A stretch of 64,000 nt of DNA, taken from Bryobacterales bacterium. Lineage in GTDB: Bacteria > Acidobacteriota > Terriglobia > Bryobacterales > UBA6623. This document shows positions 49,358-57,601 of this stretch, in pieces. A program made the position numbers and the translations under genes. The notes beneath the pieces were generated by a model. It did not search any database and was not told the DNA's origin. It worked only from the letters and a program-made list of their open reading frames with translations. Location of the stretch: contig CBDEGU010000011.1 in assembly GCA_965238045.1 (NCBI GenBank), positions 640,402 to 704,401 on the forward strand, read 5' to 3'. The first letter of the stretch is position 1; every line of letters starts with the position of its first letter.

Positions 49358-49381
49358 AATGGAACCTAGGAATGGAACCTA
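49358..49381 (+). repeat. Two direct copies of AATGGAACCTA (candidate recombinase arm-type or regulator sites)
   Basis: AATGGAACCTA occurs at 49358-49368 and 49371-49381, between the integrase stop and the tRNA-His 3' end. The core 9-mer TGGAACCTA recurs at 54823-54831 and 54884-54892. Confidence 0.5.
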
Positions 49382-49417
49382 AGGACGAATCGGCACCACG
49401 TAACTTACTGAAACAAA

Positions 49418-49467
49418 TGGTACTGGTGCCCAGAATCGAACTGGGGACCTCCTGATCCACAATCAGG
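49418..49467 (-). pseudogene. 3' half of tRNA-His(GTG) (positions 27-76 incl. CCA); candidate att core, no valid 5' half
   Basis: The minus strand reads CCTGA-TTGTGGA-TCAGG AGGTC CCCAG-TTCGATT-CTGGG CACCAGT A CCA (anticodon arm, GTG anticodon, T arm, 3' acceptor strand). The 26 nt upstream cannot form the acceptor stem (ACTGACG vs required ACTGGTG) or a D arm. Confidence 0.7.
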
Positions 49468-49706
49468 TTTAGCACCCCTTTTGCCGTCAGTGACTTAGCC
49501 CTCTTCAAATCATGTAACGGACTTATATACTTGCACTTACCTTGACATTCCCGGACATTCTGCGCATACTGAATGTCAGACAAAACGCGTTAGTTTGCTG
49601 ACATAGTGCTGACACGGAACGGGCCGGAGTGGGCTCGGGGCTTCCTGAATCACCGTCAGGCGTTCTGAAAAATCAGTCTAGCGAGCTGCTGACACGGGGT
49701 GGTGGA

Positions 49707-50894
49707 ATGCGACTGACTGAGCGAGTTATAGACCGGCTGACGCCGCCAAAAAGCGGCTACTTGATCGCGTGGGATGAGGACCTGAAAGGGTTTGGCGTAC
49801 GGGTTACGGCGGCGGGTGCTAAGAGCTTCATTGTTAACTACCGGACGAGGGACGGGCGGCAGCGCCGGGCGACAGTCGGACGGTTCCCCGCCACAAGCGC
49901 GACGGCGGCGCGGCTACGTGCTCAGGAGCTACTCGCGGGCATAATGCTCGGTTCTGACCCCGTCAAGCAGGAGCAGGAGCGACGCAGCGAGATAACGCTC
50001 GGCGAACTCGTGAACAAGTACGAGGAAGAGCACCTGTCCGAACTGAGCAGCGGAGACGAAGTGGTCCGCTATTTGCGATCGGACGTTTTGCCTTGCCTGG
50101 GCAGGAATAACAAAGTGTCTGCCGTGACGCGCCGGGCGATCAAAGACATGGTGAAAGCCAAGGCACGGCGGGCGCCGGTCGCGTCGAACCGGCTACTCAC
50201 GCACGTGAAGGGAATGTTCGCGTGGGGTGTAGATGAAGAGTACATTCAGGGCGATCCGGCGGCGGGGATAAAACGCTTGGGCGCTGAAGAAACACCCCGC
50301 ACTCGCTTTCTCTCAGAGGAGGAGATATGGAAGGTCTGGGATGCTCTGCCGACGGCTAAGAGGATGTCGAACAGCGTTCGGTCGGTACTGCGGCTCATCT
50401 TGGTTACCGGACAACGGCCCGGCGAAGTGGCAGGGATGCGGTGGGATGAGATCGACACGAAAAGCGGCTGGTGGCGTCTGCCAGCCGAGCGCACGAAGGC
50501 CGGGCGGGAGCACCATGTACCGTTATCGCGGCTGGCGCTGGCCGAACTCGAAACAAGAGGTAGGGGGGAGGGGTGGGTTTTTCCTGGAGTGGCTGGCCAC
50601 ATCTCGCGACTGGTGCTGAGTCACGCCGTCCGGCTCAACCGGGAACACTTCGGCGTCACAGCTTGGACACCGCATGACCTACGGAGAACGGCTACCACTC
50701 ACCTGGCGAAGCTGAAGGTAGACCGGCTGATTATCAAGCTCATCCTGAACCATAGCGATAAGTCTGTGACCGCAGCCTACGACCAGCATTCTTACGAGGA
50801 CGAGAAGCGCCAGGCACTCGCGAAGTGGGACCGCAAGCTCCGGGCGATCATCACCGGCGACGCTGCGCCGAAGGTAGTGGCGATCGATGGCTGA
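49707..50894 (+). CDS. int: Tyrosine recombinase, P4-type integrase with DUF4102 arm-binding N-terminus
   Basis: MRLTERVIDRLTPPKSGYLIAWDEDLKGFGVRVTAAGAKSFIVNYR is the DUF4102 signature. Catalytic motifs TGQRPGEV, HDLRRT and AAYDQHSY. The ATG at 49707 is preferred over the track start at 49629. Confidence 0.88.
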   Translation: MRLTERVIDRLTPPKSGYLIAWDEDLKGFGVRVTAAGAKSFIVNYRTRDGRQRRATVGRFPATSATAARLRAQELLAGIMLGSDPVKQEQERRSEITLGELVNKYEEEHLSELSSGDEVVRYLRSDVLPCLGRNNKVSAVTRRAIKDMVKAKARRAPVASNRLLTHVKGMFAWGVDEEYIQGDPAAGIKRLGAEETPRTRFLSEEEIWKVWDALPTAKRMSNSVRSVLRLILVTGQRPGEVAGMRWDEIDTKSGWWRLPAERTKAGREHHVPLSRLALAELETRGRGEGWVFPGVAGHISRLVLSHAVRLNREHFGVTAWTPHDLRRTATTHLAKLKVDRLIIKLILNHSDKSVTAAYDQHSYEDEKRQALAKWDRKLRAIITGDAAPKVVAIDG

Positions 50895-51213
50895 GAGAAA
50901 AGACGGCAATGTACTGGGCGCGCTCCTGCCCCGGAATCTCTCTAGGATTGAGTCCCGAATCAATGCCATCTCGGCGCGTATCAACGAGTCCGGGGCCAAC
51001 TTACAAAACGCCTTCCCCAGCGAGTGGCTACAGCTAGTTGAGGAACCCCTCAGACTTGCCCGCCGGAGGCCGTGGGCGTGTCGAGAGCTTGAGCACGGGG
51101 GTCCTGGACGAGATCCAGGATGCCATGGTGTGCCCTTCAATCTGTCAATGGTCCGAAGTGTGGAACCCGGCTGGAATCAGTCGGATGGAGAGCCTCGGAT
51201 TCTGGGGTTGTAG
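50887..51213 (+). CDS. Hypothetical protein (weak call)
   Basis: 108-aa ORF whose ATG overlaps the integrase stop by 8 nt. The N-terminal half looks coiled-coil and the C-terminal half is poorly protein-like. Confidence 0.3.
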   Translation: MAERKDGNVLGALLPRNLSRIESRINAISARINESGANLQNAFPSEWLQLVEEPLRLARRRPWACRELEHGGPGRDPGCHGVPFNLSMVRSVEPGWNQSDGEPRILGL

Positions 51214-51293
51214 CTGATAAGGGATGTGTCTAGCGGGGCGATCCCGAAGCCGTTAAGTGAGTTAATCATCACAGTGCCAGACTAGGCCGACGG

Positions 51294-51449
51294 ATGGGTA
51301 TCACGATCCGCGATATCGTTTGGGAGACTCTGGCCGAGCGCTTGGAGGATGCCCAGTTCAATCAGAAGATCCTACGGGAGATCCGAGAGAGGTTGAAATC
51401 CGGTCGGTCCGTCAGTGGCCGGGTGCCATCCCCCAAGGGGTCTGATTAG
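51294..51449 (+). CDS. Small hypothetical protein, 51 aa (weak call)
   Basis: ATG at 51294, TAG at 51447-51449. Encodes MGITIRDIVWETLAERLEDAQFNQKILREIRERLKSGRSVSGRVPSPKGSD. Below the ORF-track cutoff and has a weak RBS. Confidence 0.3.
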   Translation: MGITIRDIVWETLAERLEDAQFNQKILREIRERLKSGRSVSGRVPSPKGSD

Positions 51450-51479
51450 TGCCGGAGCATTCAAGAGGAGATCCGTGTC

Positions 51480-52151
51480 ATGACCTACGAAAAACACTTG
51501 AAGCAGTTGATACGGCAGCTCCCAACGGCATTGCGTAAGAACATCGAGCAGGAAATAAGCAAGGCCGACGAGCGTGCAAGTGAGCTGGCCCTCTCTGCAT
51601 TTGACCAGGCAGAGTCTGTACGGGACCTCCGCAAGAACTGGTGTTTTGCGACGAACGAAGTCACCGACAATCCGGGCCTAACTCTGGCAGCAGAAGGTCT
51701 CGGAAGCGCGATTCTTCACATCGTCAACGTTTTGGCGGAGGCTTTTTGGATCAGTGGAGAGCCAATTGAGAATCTTGCTCGGCATCTAGGCAGTCGAGAT
51801 TGCAGCATCGCGTCAGTCTTGTTGGAAAAGCCCGATCTGAAACCACCAGAGGCATATCGATCCGTCTTGTTGCCCAGTGAAATGATCCGCCAAGAAATCG
51901 AAGCCTGGTTGGTTCGGGCTGTGCGCCACAAGAAAGAACGAGATGCAATCACTGGACGTGAAGCTCGACTATTGGAATGTCTACGACGTCGGGGCTGCAC
52001 AATGACGGCCATCTACACCGCAGCCAAGGTGGATAAGGGCGACTTTTCGAGATGGCGAAGAAAACAACCCGGAGATGACAGATACATACCTGACAGTTCC
52101 ACGAAAGCGGAGAACATCGAGGCAGTTCTCGACGGCAGGAGACTCCTCTAG
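51480..52151 (+). CDS. Hypothetical island protein
   Basis: 223-aa ORF with the good RBS AAGAGGAG. Lower GC than the core genes. The C-terminal segment REARLLECLRRRGCTMTAIYTAAKVDKGDFSRWRRK may be an HTH. No family recognised. Confidence 0.55.
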   Translation: MTYEKHLKQLIRQLPTALRKNIEQEISKADERASELALSAFDQAESVRDLRKNWCFATNEVTDNPGLTLAAEGLGSAILHIVNVLAEAFWISGEPIENLARHLGSRDCSIASVLLEKPDLKPPEAYRSVLLPSEMIRQEIEAWLVRAVRHKKERDAITGREARLLECLRRRGCTMTAIYTAAKVDKGDFSRWRRKQPGDDRYIPDSSTKAENIEAVLDGRRLL

Positions 52152-52488
52152 CCTGAGCACTAGACTTCCTTCCCCTATTTTTCCGAGACCAAACACTTTG
52201 CGGATGACACCCGCCTCAGAGTGGGACGATCGCCGCTCCGTGGCCTACTTGCGCTCCGCTGCCGACAGGTCTTGACGGGCTTGCTGCGGTTCTCGACACT
52301 TTCTCTTGCTTCCTACTAGCTATTTGATTGGATCAAGACCCACTACATAGAGGCGCTGACCGACTCGGCGCATGTAAGCGGTCAGCGTGGAATCCCAACT
52401 TCTCCCCAAGAAAGCCAACGTGCCAACATTGCAGGCCAACATAGTCGGTTTGCTGAAATGGGTTCGAGTGGCGACGGAGGAGAATTCA

Positions 52489-52713
52489 ATGGCGGCATCT
52501 AGCATCCGGCTTCCAGTAGCCGACCTCGTTTCAGAAACCGATTTTGCAGCCCTCGTCGGCAAATCCCTCCGCACAGTTCGCCGCTGGCATGTTGAACGCA
52601 GCGGCCCACGGCGGACGGTCCTCGGTCGGTCGGTTTTCTACAGTCGAGCAGCCATCGAAGACTGGCTTAAGGAGCGCGAAGAACCTTGCAGGAGACCAAA
52701 TCATGAGCGATAA
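52489..52713 (+). CDS. AlpA/excisionase-family helix-turn-helix protein
   Basis: RBS GGAGGA precedes the ATG at 52489. The 74-aa product contains ETDFAALVGKSLRTVRRWHVERSGPRRTVLGRSVFYSRAAIEDWLKE, the typical HTH_17/AlpA pattern. Confidence 0.7.
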   Translation: MAASSIRLPVADLVSETDFAALVGKSLRTVRRWHVERSGPRRTVLGRSVFYSRAAIEDWLKEREEPCRRPNHER

Positions 52714-53755
52714 GCGGCATAGCGATAAGCGGCATTTCAGCTTGAATACGTACCCACGTCCCAAATCCGATTTCTTCGATGCCGACGACGAACCCGCCAT
52801 CGAGGTCATCCCCGGCATACTTCGGCAAGGTCAAATCGCGATACTAGCCGGTGCCTTCGGCGTGGGCAAGAGCCCCCTCATACTCGATCTTGCGGTACGT
52901 GTGACGTTGGGCCTGGAGTGGGGAGATGAGGACGTGAAACAAAGACCAGTCATCCTGTTTGATTTCGAGAGCACTCGTGCTCAGATCATTCGCGGTGTGC
53001 GAAACGTTTGCAAGCGGCTGCACGAACCCCTCCCGGCGGTTCCCGACGAATTCGAGCCTATCCTCTCTCATGACCTGCCCCCGCAACCTGGTGGAGTCAA
53101 GTATTCGCGACCAACTGCGCCGACCGAGTGGCTCGCAAGTGCTCTCAAGCGCAAGCCAGACGCCCTCGTGGTAATCGATCCCATCGAGTTGATGTTCCAA
53201 TTTGACAAGTTAAAAGGCAAGGACATTCTCGATCTGTACGCCGGTTTGAGGGATCTGCTTCGCAAATTTCCCGAGGCATCTATACTCTCGACCTTCAACT
53301 TGCGAAAACGCGACCGGAAGACACGTAAGGCGAACCTGCTTCTGGAATCCCGTGATTGGCTCGATGAGATCTCCGGCTCCGCCGATATCGTAAACAGGTG
53401 CGACGTTCGGTTAGGGTTTGATTTCGGCGATGGCGATGGGGAGGAGAACGATTTGCGCATCCTCAACGGTGTCCGGCGCGGGGAACTGATGAATCCGATT
53501 TTGCTTAGGCCAATCGGCGATAGTCCGGAGGAGATGGCAGGATTCGAGCGCGTGCCGCCAGAAGAAATCGAGCTTCGCCGAGCGCTCACAACTCGGCAAC
53601 TTGAGTACTGGAGAATCCTACCCAGACGATTTCGCTTCGGCAAGGTGGCCAGTCGCGTCGTTCCAAAGTCGAGCCTTCATCGCCTCATTCAGAAAGCCAT
53701 ATCACTGGGCCTCCTCAAGAGGGATAAAACAACCTACTGCAAGGTGTGCTCCTGA
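52703..53755 (+). CDS. RecA-fold AAA ATPase (AAA_25/RepA-like; candidate replication initiator-helicase loader of the island)
   Basis: Walker A context GQIAILAGAFGVGKSPLILDLA and Walker B-like ALVVIDPIELM. RBS GGAG precedes the ATG at 52703, which overlaps the AlpA-like gene end. Confidence 0.65.
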   Translation: MSDKRHSDKRHFSLNTYPRPKSDFFDADDEPAIEVIPGILRQGQIAILAGAFGVGKSPLILDLAVRVTLGLEWGDEDVKQRPVILFDFESTRAQIIRGVRNVCKRLHEPLPAVPDEFEPILSHDLPPQPGGVKYSRPTAPTEWLASALKRKPDALVVIDPIELMFQFDKLKGKDILDLYAGLRDLLRKFPEASILSTFNLRKRDRKTRKANLLLESRDWLDEISGSADIVNRCDVRLGFDFGDGDGEENDLRILNGVRRGELMNPILLRPIGDSPEEMAGFERVPPEEIELRRALTTRQLEYWRILPRRFRFGKVASRVVPKSSLHRLIQKAISLGLLKRDKTTYCKVCS

Positions 53756-53803
53756 CACCCGGACTTTTGGAACTATTGATGTTAAGTATTGTTATTACAA
53801 TTG
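53756..53803. repeat. AT-rich segment with TGGAAC motif; left part of the iteron region split by IS1595 copy 2
   Basis: ttttggaactattgatgttaagtattgttattacaattg lies immediately after the ATPase stop. Confidence 0.45.
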
Positions 53804-54793
53804 GATGGGTATTCACTTGACTCAGGTGACCACAAGATGTAGGATCTTGGAAAATGGAAGATTATCCGCGGAATCTGGCCGAGGTCGAGGCGCGTTTCGC
53901 CAACGAGCAGGCCTGTCGGGAGTATCTGTGTCAACTCCGCTGGCCGGAGGGTTTTCGTTGTCCGCGATGCGGGCATGACAAAACCTGGGCGGTACGCACG
54001 GTGCTGCTTATTTCAAGACACCCGCAAACCGCTCCAGAGCTGGTTTCGAGCCATGTGGTGGCTCACCAGCCAGAAGAACGGGGCCAGCGCACTGGGATTG
54101 CAACGAGCGTTGGGCCTGGGCAGCTACAAGACGGCCTGGACTTGGTTGCACAAGCTCCGGCGCGCTATGGTACGGCCCGGACGCGACCGGCTCAGCGGGC
54201 GCGTTGAGGTTGACGAGACCTACTTAGGAGCCCTGGAGGAGGGCGTGCGGGGCCGCCAAACCGACGCGAAAGCGCTGATTGCAGTAGCGGCCGAGGAAGA
54301 TGGCGCAGGCATCGGACGAATTCGGATGCGCACGATTCCGAACGCCTCCGGGGACAGCTTGATGGCCTTCGTTGGCGAGTCGGTCGAACCCGGCAGCGTG
54401 GTCCACACCGACGGTTGGCTGGGTTACGGGCCACTCGAAAGCGACGGCTATCGCCACGAGGTGAGCTACCTGGACGGGCAACCGGCGCGGGCCTCGGAAC
54501 TGCTCCCCCGCGTTCATCGCGTGGTGTCGTTGCTGAAGCGCTGGATACTGGGTACGCATCAAGGAGCCGTCAGCCACGAGCATCTCGACTCCTACCTCGA
54601 CGAATTCACCTTCCGCTTCAACCGCCGCAAGTCCAGAAGTCGAGGCAAGCTCTTCTACCGCCTGGTGCAGCAGGCCGTCGCCGTCCAACCGGTGCCCTAC
54701 AAGTCGCTGGTCGGAGGCACCGCAACACATGCTACGGACAACCACAACATGTAGGGGCTATTTCAAAATACCTGAGTCAAGTGAATACCCATC
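53804..54793 (+). mobile_element. IS1595-family insertion sequence, copy 2 (990 bp, defective, 8-bp TSD TACAATTG)
   Basis: Same inverted repeats as copies 1 and 3. TACAATTG occurs at 53796-53803 and 54794-54801. It is 47 bp shorter than the other copies and has scattered substitutions. Confidence 0.9.
53854..54754 (+). pseudogene. IS1595-family transposase, frameshifted by a 47-bp internal deletion
   Basis: Track ORFs 53854..54207 and 53975..54754 together cover the transposase. Sequence between GTGCTGCT and TTTCAAGACAC (49 nt in copy 3) is replaced by TA, removing the second CxxC pair (CASCGH) and shifting the frame. Confidence 0.85.
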
Positions 54794-54801
54794 TACAATT
54801 G

Positions 54802-54935
54802 TTTAAGTGGTTCCAACCGGCCTGGAACCTATGTGGAATCTGAAACCGGATAGCCGGTAGGTTCCAGTTTAGTTCCACCCACATGGAACCTATTATATCA
54901 TTGATTATTAAGGGGATAGCCAAATAGTTCCACAG
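54802..54935. repeat. Cluster of GGAAC/GTTCC-core short repeats (candidate iterons/origin or multi-operator)
   Basis: GGTTCC 54809, TGGAACCTA 54823, GGAATC 54835, GGTTCC 54860, GTTCCA 54872, TGGAACCTA 54884 and GTTCCA 54928, interspersed with AT-rich stretches (tattatatcattgattattaa). Confidence 0.5.
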
Positions 54936-54993
54936 TACCGGGTGACTAGGGCGATGTTCTGGCGTGGTTGGCAGACAGCGCAGGTGATAACAG

Positions 54994-55380
54994 ATGAAAG
55001 GCCACGGCGACAAACTCAGCAGAAAGCGCGAACAGGCAATCAGCGCCCTCTTGACCGCTCCCACAGTCGGCGACGCGGCGGAAGTCGTCGGCATCGGCTC
55101 AAGCACGCTTCATCGCTGGCTACATGAAGTTGAGTTTCGAGCAGCTTACCTCATGGCCCGGCGAGAGATTGTCGGACACACAACGAGTATGCTCCAGCAA
55201 GCATCCGCGCGCGCGGTAGGCACGCTGATCGACGTGATGGAGGATGAACAGAGCCCTCCGAGTAGTCGCGTCGCTGCTGCACGAGCCGTGTTGGATCTTG
55301 CGTACCGGGGTCTGGAAATGGAAGATCTTTCGGCGCGGCTCGATCGTCTGGAAGGGATGCGAGGAGTTATTGCCCGATGA
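54994..55380 (+). CDS. Hypothetical HTH protein (phage/terminase-small-subunit-like N-terminus)
   Basis: 128-aa ORF. REQAISALLTAPTVGDAAEVVGIGSSTLHRWL is an HTH-like segment. Followed by a gene whose start overlaps its stop (ATGA). Confidence 0.5.
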   Translation: MKGHGDKLSRKREQAISALLTAPTVGDAAEVVGIGSSTLHRWLHEVEFRAAYLMARREIVGHTTSMLQQASARAVGTLIDVMEDEQSPPSSRVAAARAVLDLAYRGLEMEDLSARLDRLEGMRGVIAR

Positions 55381-55592
55381 ATGCTAAACGTCGTATCGAG
55401 CGGCTAGAGCGGACCAGCAAGGTAGGCAATGGGGATGGGCCGCTGCCGTTGCATGTTGTGGCGACGATCATGGAAGCGGGAGACGCCGGGCGGGACTTCA
55501 CTCCGGCTGAGCGACGCGAACTGGACCTGTACGATGGGGCGATCAAGCGCATTGTGGCCAGGGGGGCTCAGGTCGATAGCGAGCACGAGTGA
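55377..55592 (+). CDS. Hypothetical small protein
   Basis: 71-aa ORF translationally coupled to the upstream gene. Begins MNAKRRIERLERTSK. Confidence 0.4.
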   Translation: MNAKRRIERLERTSKVGNGDGPLPLHVVATIMEAGDAGRDFTPAERRELDLYDGAIKRIVARGAQVDSEHE

Positions 55593-56136
55593 AAAACCGC
55601 GTGGGCCGAGACTGGGCTGCGACTCGCGATTAGACGGTCTTGCGATGGTCCAGCGGCGCAACGCCGTTAATTCGTTTAACGCTGCGTGGGGTCAAACCTG
55701 CTCGCCCGGCTGGAGAATCCCTTCCAAGCGGTCCGACGCCTTGTTCTTCCAGTTGATTCGCTGAGCGACGGCCTTGCGCAGGAAGCATCTCCCGACTTGG
55801 CCTTAGGTCCACCCTTGACAGCTGGCCGATGGCTCATGGACCGGCGGCTGTTCGGTCACATGCTGCGTCGGATCGGAGCGCCGTTCAGCCTGGTCAATCA
55901 ACGTCTGTGAACGGGCGGACGAGTCTTGGGGCCTATCGGCGGAGGTGATCTGCAGGGCTCAGCGCGGAAAGACGTGGTATTCATGGCAGCGCGGGTGTAT
56001 ACTGTCGCCGTACCAGGGTCAAAATGGAAATCCTGGTCAAGGCGACAAGAGCCGATGCGGATAAGGGTCGAGCGAGAACTCAGGGGAACCGCATTGGGCT
56101 GACAAGGCAGGCAGGGCACACCGGAGGAGTTTTTGC

Positions 56137-56445
56137 ATGCACATGAGCCAAGATCCAGAAGGCTGGTCCGATAGTGGAAAGTGGTGGATGGATCTTCTGA
56201 AGTCCGCGATTATATTTTGCGTGGCGACGATAGTCGCGATCTGTATCGTCGCCGACATAGAAGACAAAAGAGAGGTCCGGAGAGTTAAGGAATCTACTCT
56301 TCTTACTCTCAGACAGCAGACCGTACCCGACTTCGTCAAAGCGGCGGTGCATTATGAGACCGCTTCGTACATAGCCTACACGGAACTGTATCAATGGGTG
56401 GGTGTTGAACCAACGCAGGCAATGCGTGCCTATGAATCCGTTCAT
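56137..56445 (+). pseudogene. Membrane-anchored hypothetical protein, 5' part (interrupted by the nested IS1595/IS21 insertion)
   Basis: Has a TM helix LLKSAIIFCVATIVAICIVADI. The native frame ends at 56445 (..AYESVH). Track ORF 56137..56484 then reads into the IS (DGYLLDSGDPKM). Confidence 0.65.
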
Positions 56446-56495
56446 GATGGGTATTTACTTGACTCAGGTGACCCCAAGATGTAGGATCTTGGGCG

Positions 56496-57443
56496 ATGGA
56501 AGATTATCCCCGGAATTTGGCCGAGTTCGAGGCGCGTTTCGCTAGCGAGCAGGCCTGTCGGGAGTATCTGTGTCAACTCCGCTGGCCGGAGGGTTTTCGT
56601 TGTCCGCGATGCGGGCATGACAAAACCTGGGCGGTGCGCACGGTGCTGCTGCAGTGTGCAAGCTGCGGGCATCAAGCTTCGGCGACAGCAGGCACAATCT
56701 TTCAAGACACCCGCAAGCCGCTCCAGAGTTGGTTTCGAGCAATGTGGTGGCTCACCAGCCAGAAGAACGGGGCGAGTGCATTGGGATTGCAGCGGGTGTT
56801 GGGCCTGGGCAGCTACAAGACGGCCTGGACTTGGTTGCACAAGCTTCGGCGCGCTATGGTGCGGCCCGGACGTGATCGCCTCAGCGGGCGCGTTGAGGTT
56901 GACGAGACTTACTTAGGAGCCCTGGAGGAGGGCGTGCGGGGCCGCCAAACCGACGCGAAAGCGCTGATTGTAGTAGCGGCCGAGGAAGATGGCGCCGGCA
57001 TCGGACGAGTTCGGATGCGCACGATTCCGAACGCCTCTGGGGACAGCTTGATGGCCTTCGTCGGCGAGTCGGTCGAACCCGGCAGCGTGGTCCACACGGA
57101 CGGCTGGCTGGGATACGAGCCACTCGAAAGCGACGGCTATCGCCACGAGGTGAGCTACCTGGACGGGCAACCGGCACGAGCCTCTCAACTGCTCCCCCGC
57201 GTGCATCGCGTGGTGTCGTTACTGAAGCGTTGGATACTGGGTACGCATCAAGGAGCCGTCAGCCACGAGCATCTCGACTACTACCTCGACGAATTCACCT
57301 TCCGCTTCAACCGCCGCAAGTCCAGAAGCCGAGGCAAGCTCTTCTACCGCCTGGTTCAGCAGGCCGTCGCCGTCCAACCGGCGCCCTACAAGTCGCTGGT
57401 CGGAGGCGCCGCAACACGCGCTACGGACAACCACAACATGTAG
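56496..57443 (+). CDS. IS1595-family (ISXO2-like) DDE transposase
   Basis: 315-aa ORF differing from ORF 2683..3630 at one residue (GGAATRA vs GGTATRA). Confidence 0.9.
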   Translation: MEDYPRNLAEFEARFASEQACREYLCQLRWPEGFRCPRCGHDKTWAVRTVLLQCASCGHQASATAGTIFQDTRKPLQSWFRAMWWLTSQKNGASALGLQRVLGLGSYKTAWTWLHKLRRAMVRPGRDRLSGRVEVDETYLGALEEGVRGRQTDAKALIVVAAEEDGAGIGRVRMRTIPNASGDSLMAFVGESVEPGSVVHTDGWLGYEPLESDGYRHEVSYLDGQPARASQLLPRVHRVVSLLKRWILGTHQGAVSHEHLDYYLDEFTFRFNRRKSRSRGKLFYRLVQQAVAVQPAPYKSLVGGAATRATDNHNM

Positions 57444-57601
57444 GGGCCATTTCAAAATACCTGAGTCAAGTGAATACTGAGAACGGCGGAGCGAAACTAG
57501 ACCATAGAGCGGCGATTCGAAGCCGCTTTTGGGCGGAGTAAAAGTAGACCGCCCGAGTGGTCCAGCGAACATTCCTGTGGTGTTTGTGGGACACGAGAGG
57601 G

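Noticed and set aside
49341-49583. 80-aa ORF covering the tRNA-His region, and the alternative idea that a complete tRNA-His gene is present
   Set aside because: The ORF merely overlaps tRNA-like sequence. A full tRNA was rejected because the 26 nt 5' of the anticodon stem give 2 mismatches in the acceptor stem, no U8, no 4-bp D stem and a 4-nt spacer before the anticodon stem.
55715-55745. Possible distal tRNA-Ser att repeat (ttccaagcg matches the tRNA-Ser anticodon region)
   Set aside because: Only a 9-nt match, confined to the anticodon-loop region. The adjacent sequence shows no similarity to the T arm or acceptor part, which an att duplication should contain.
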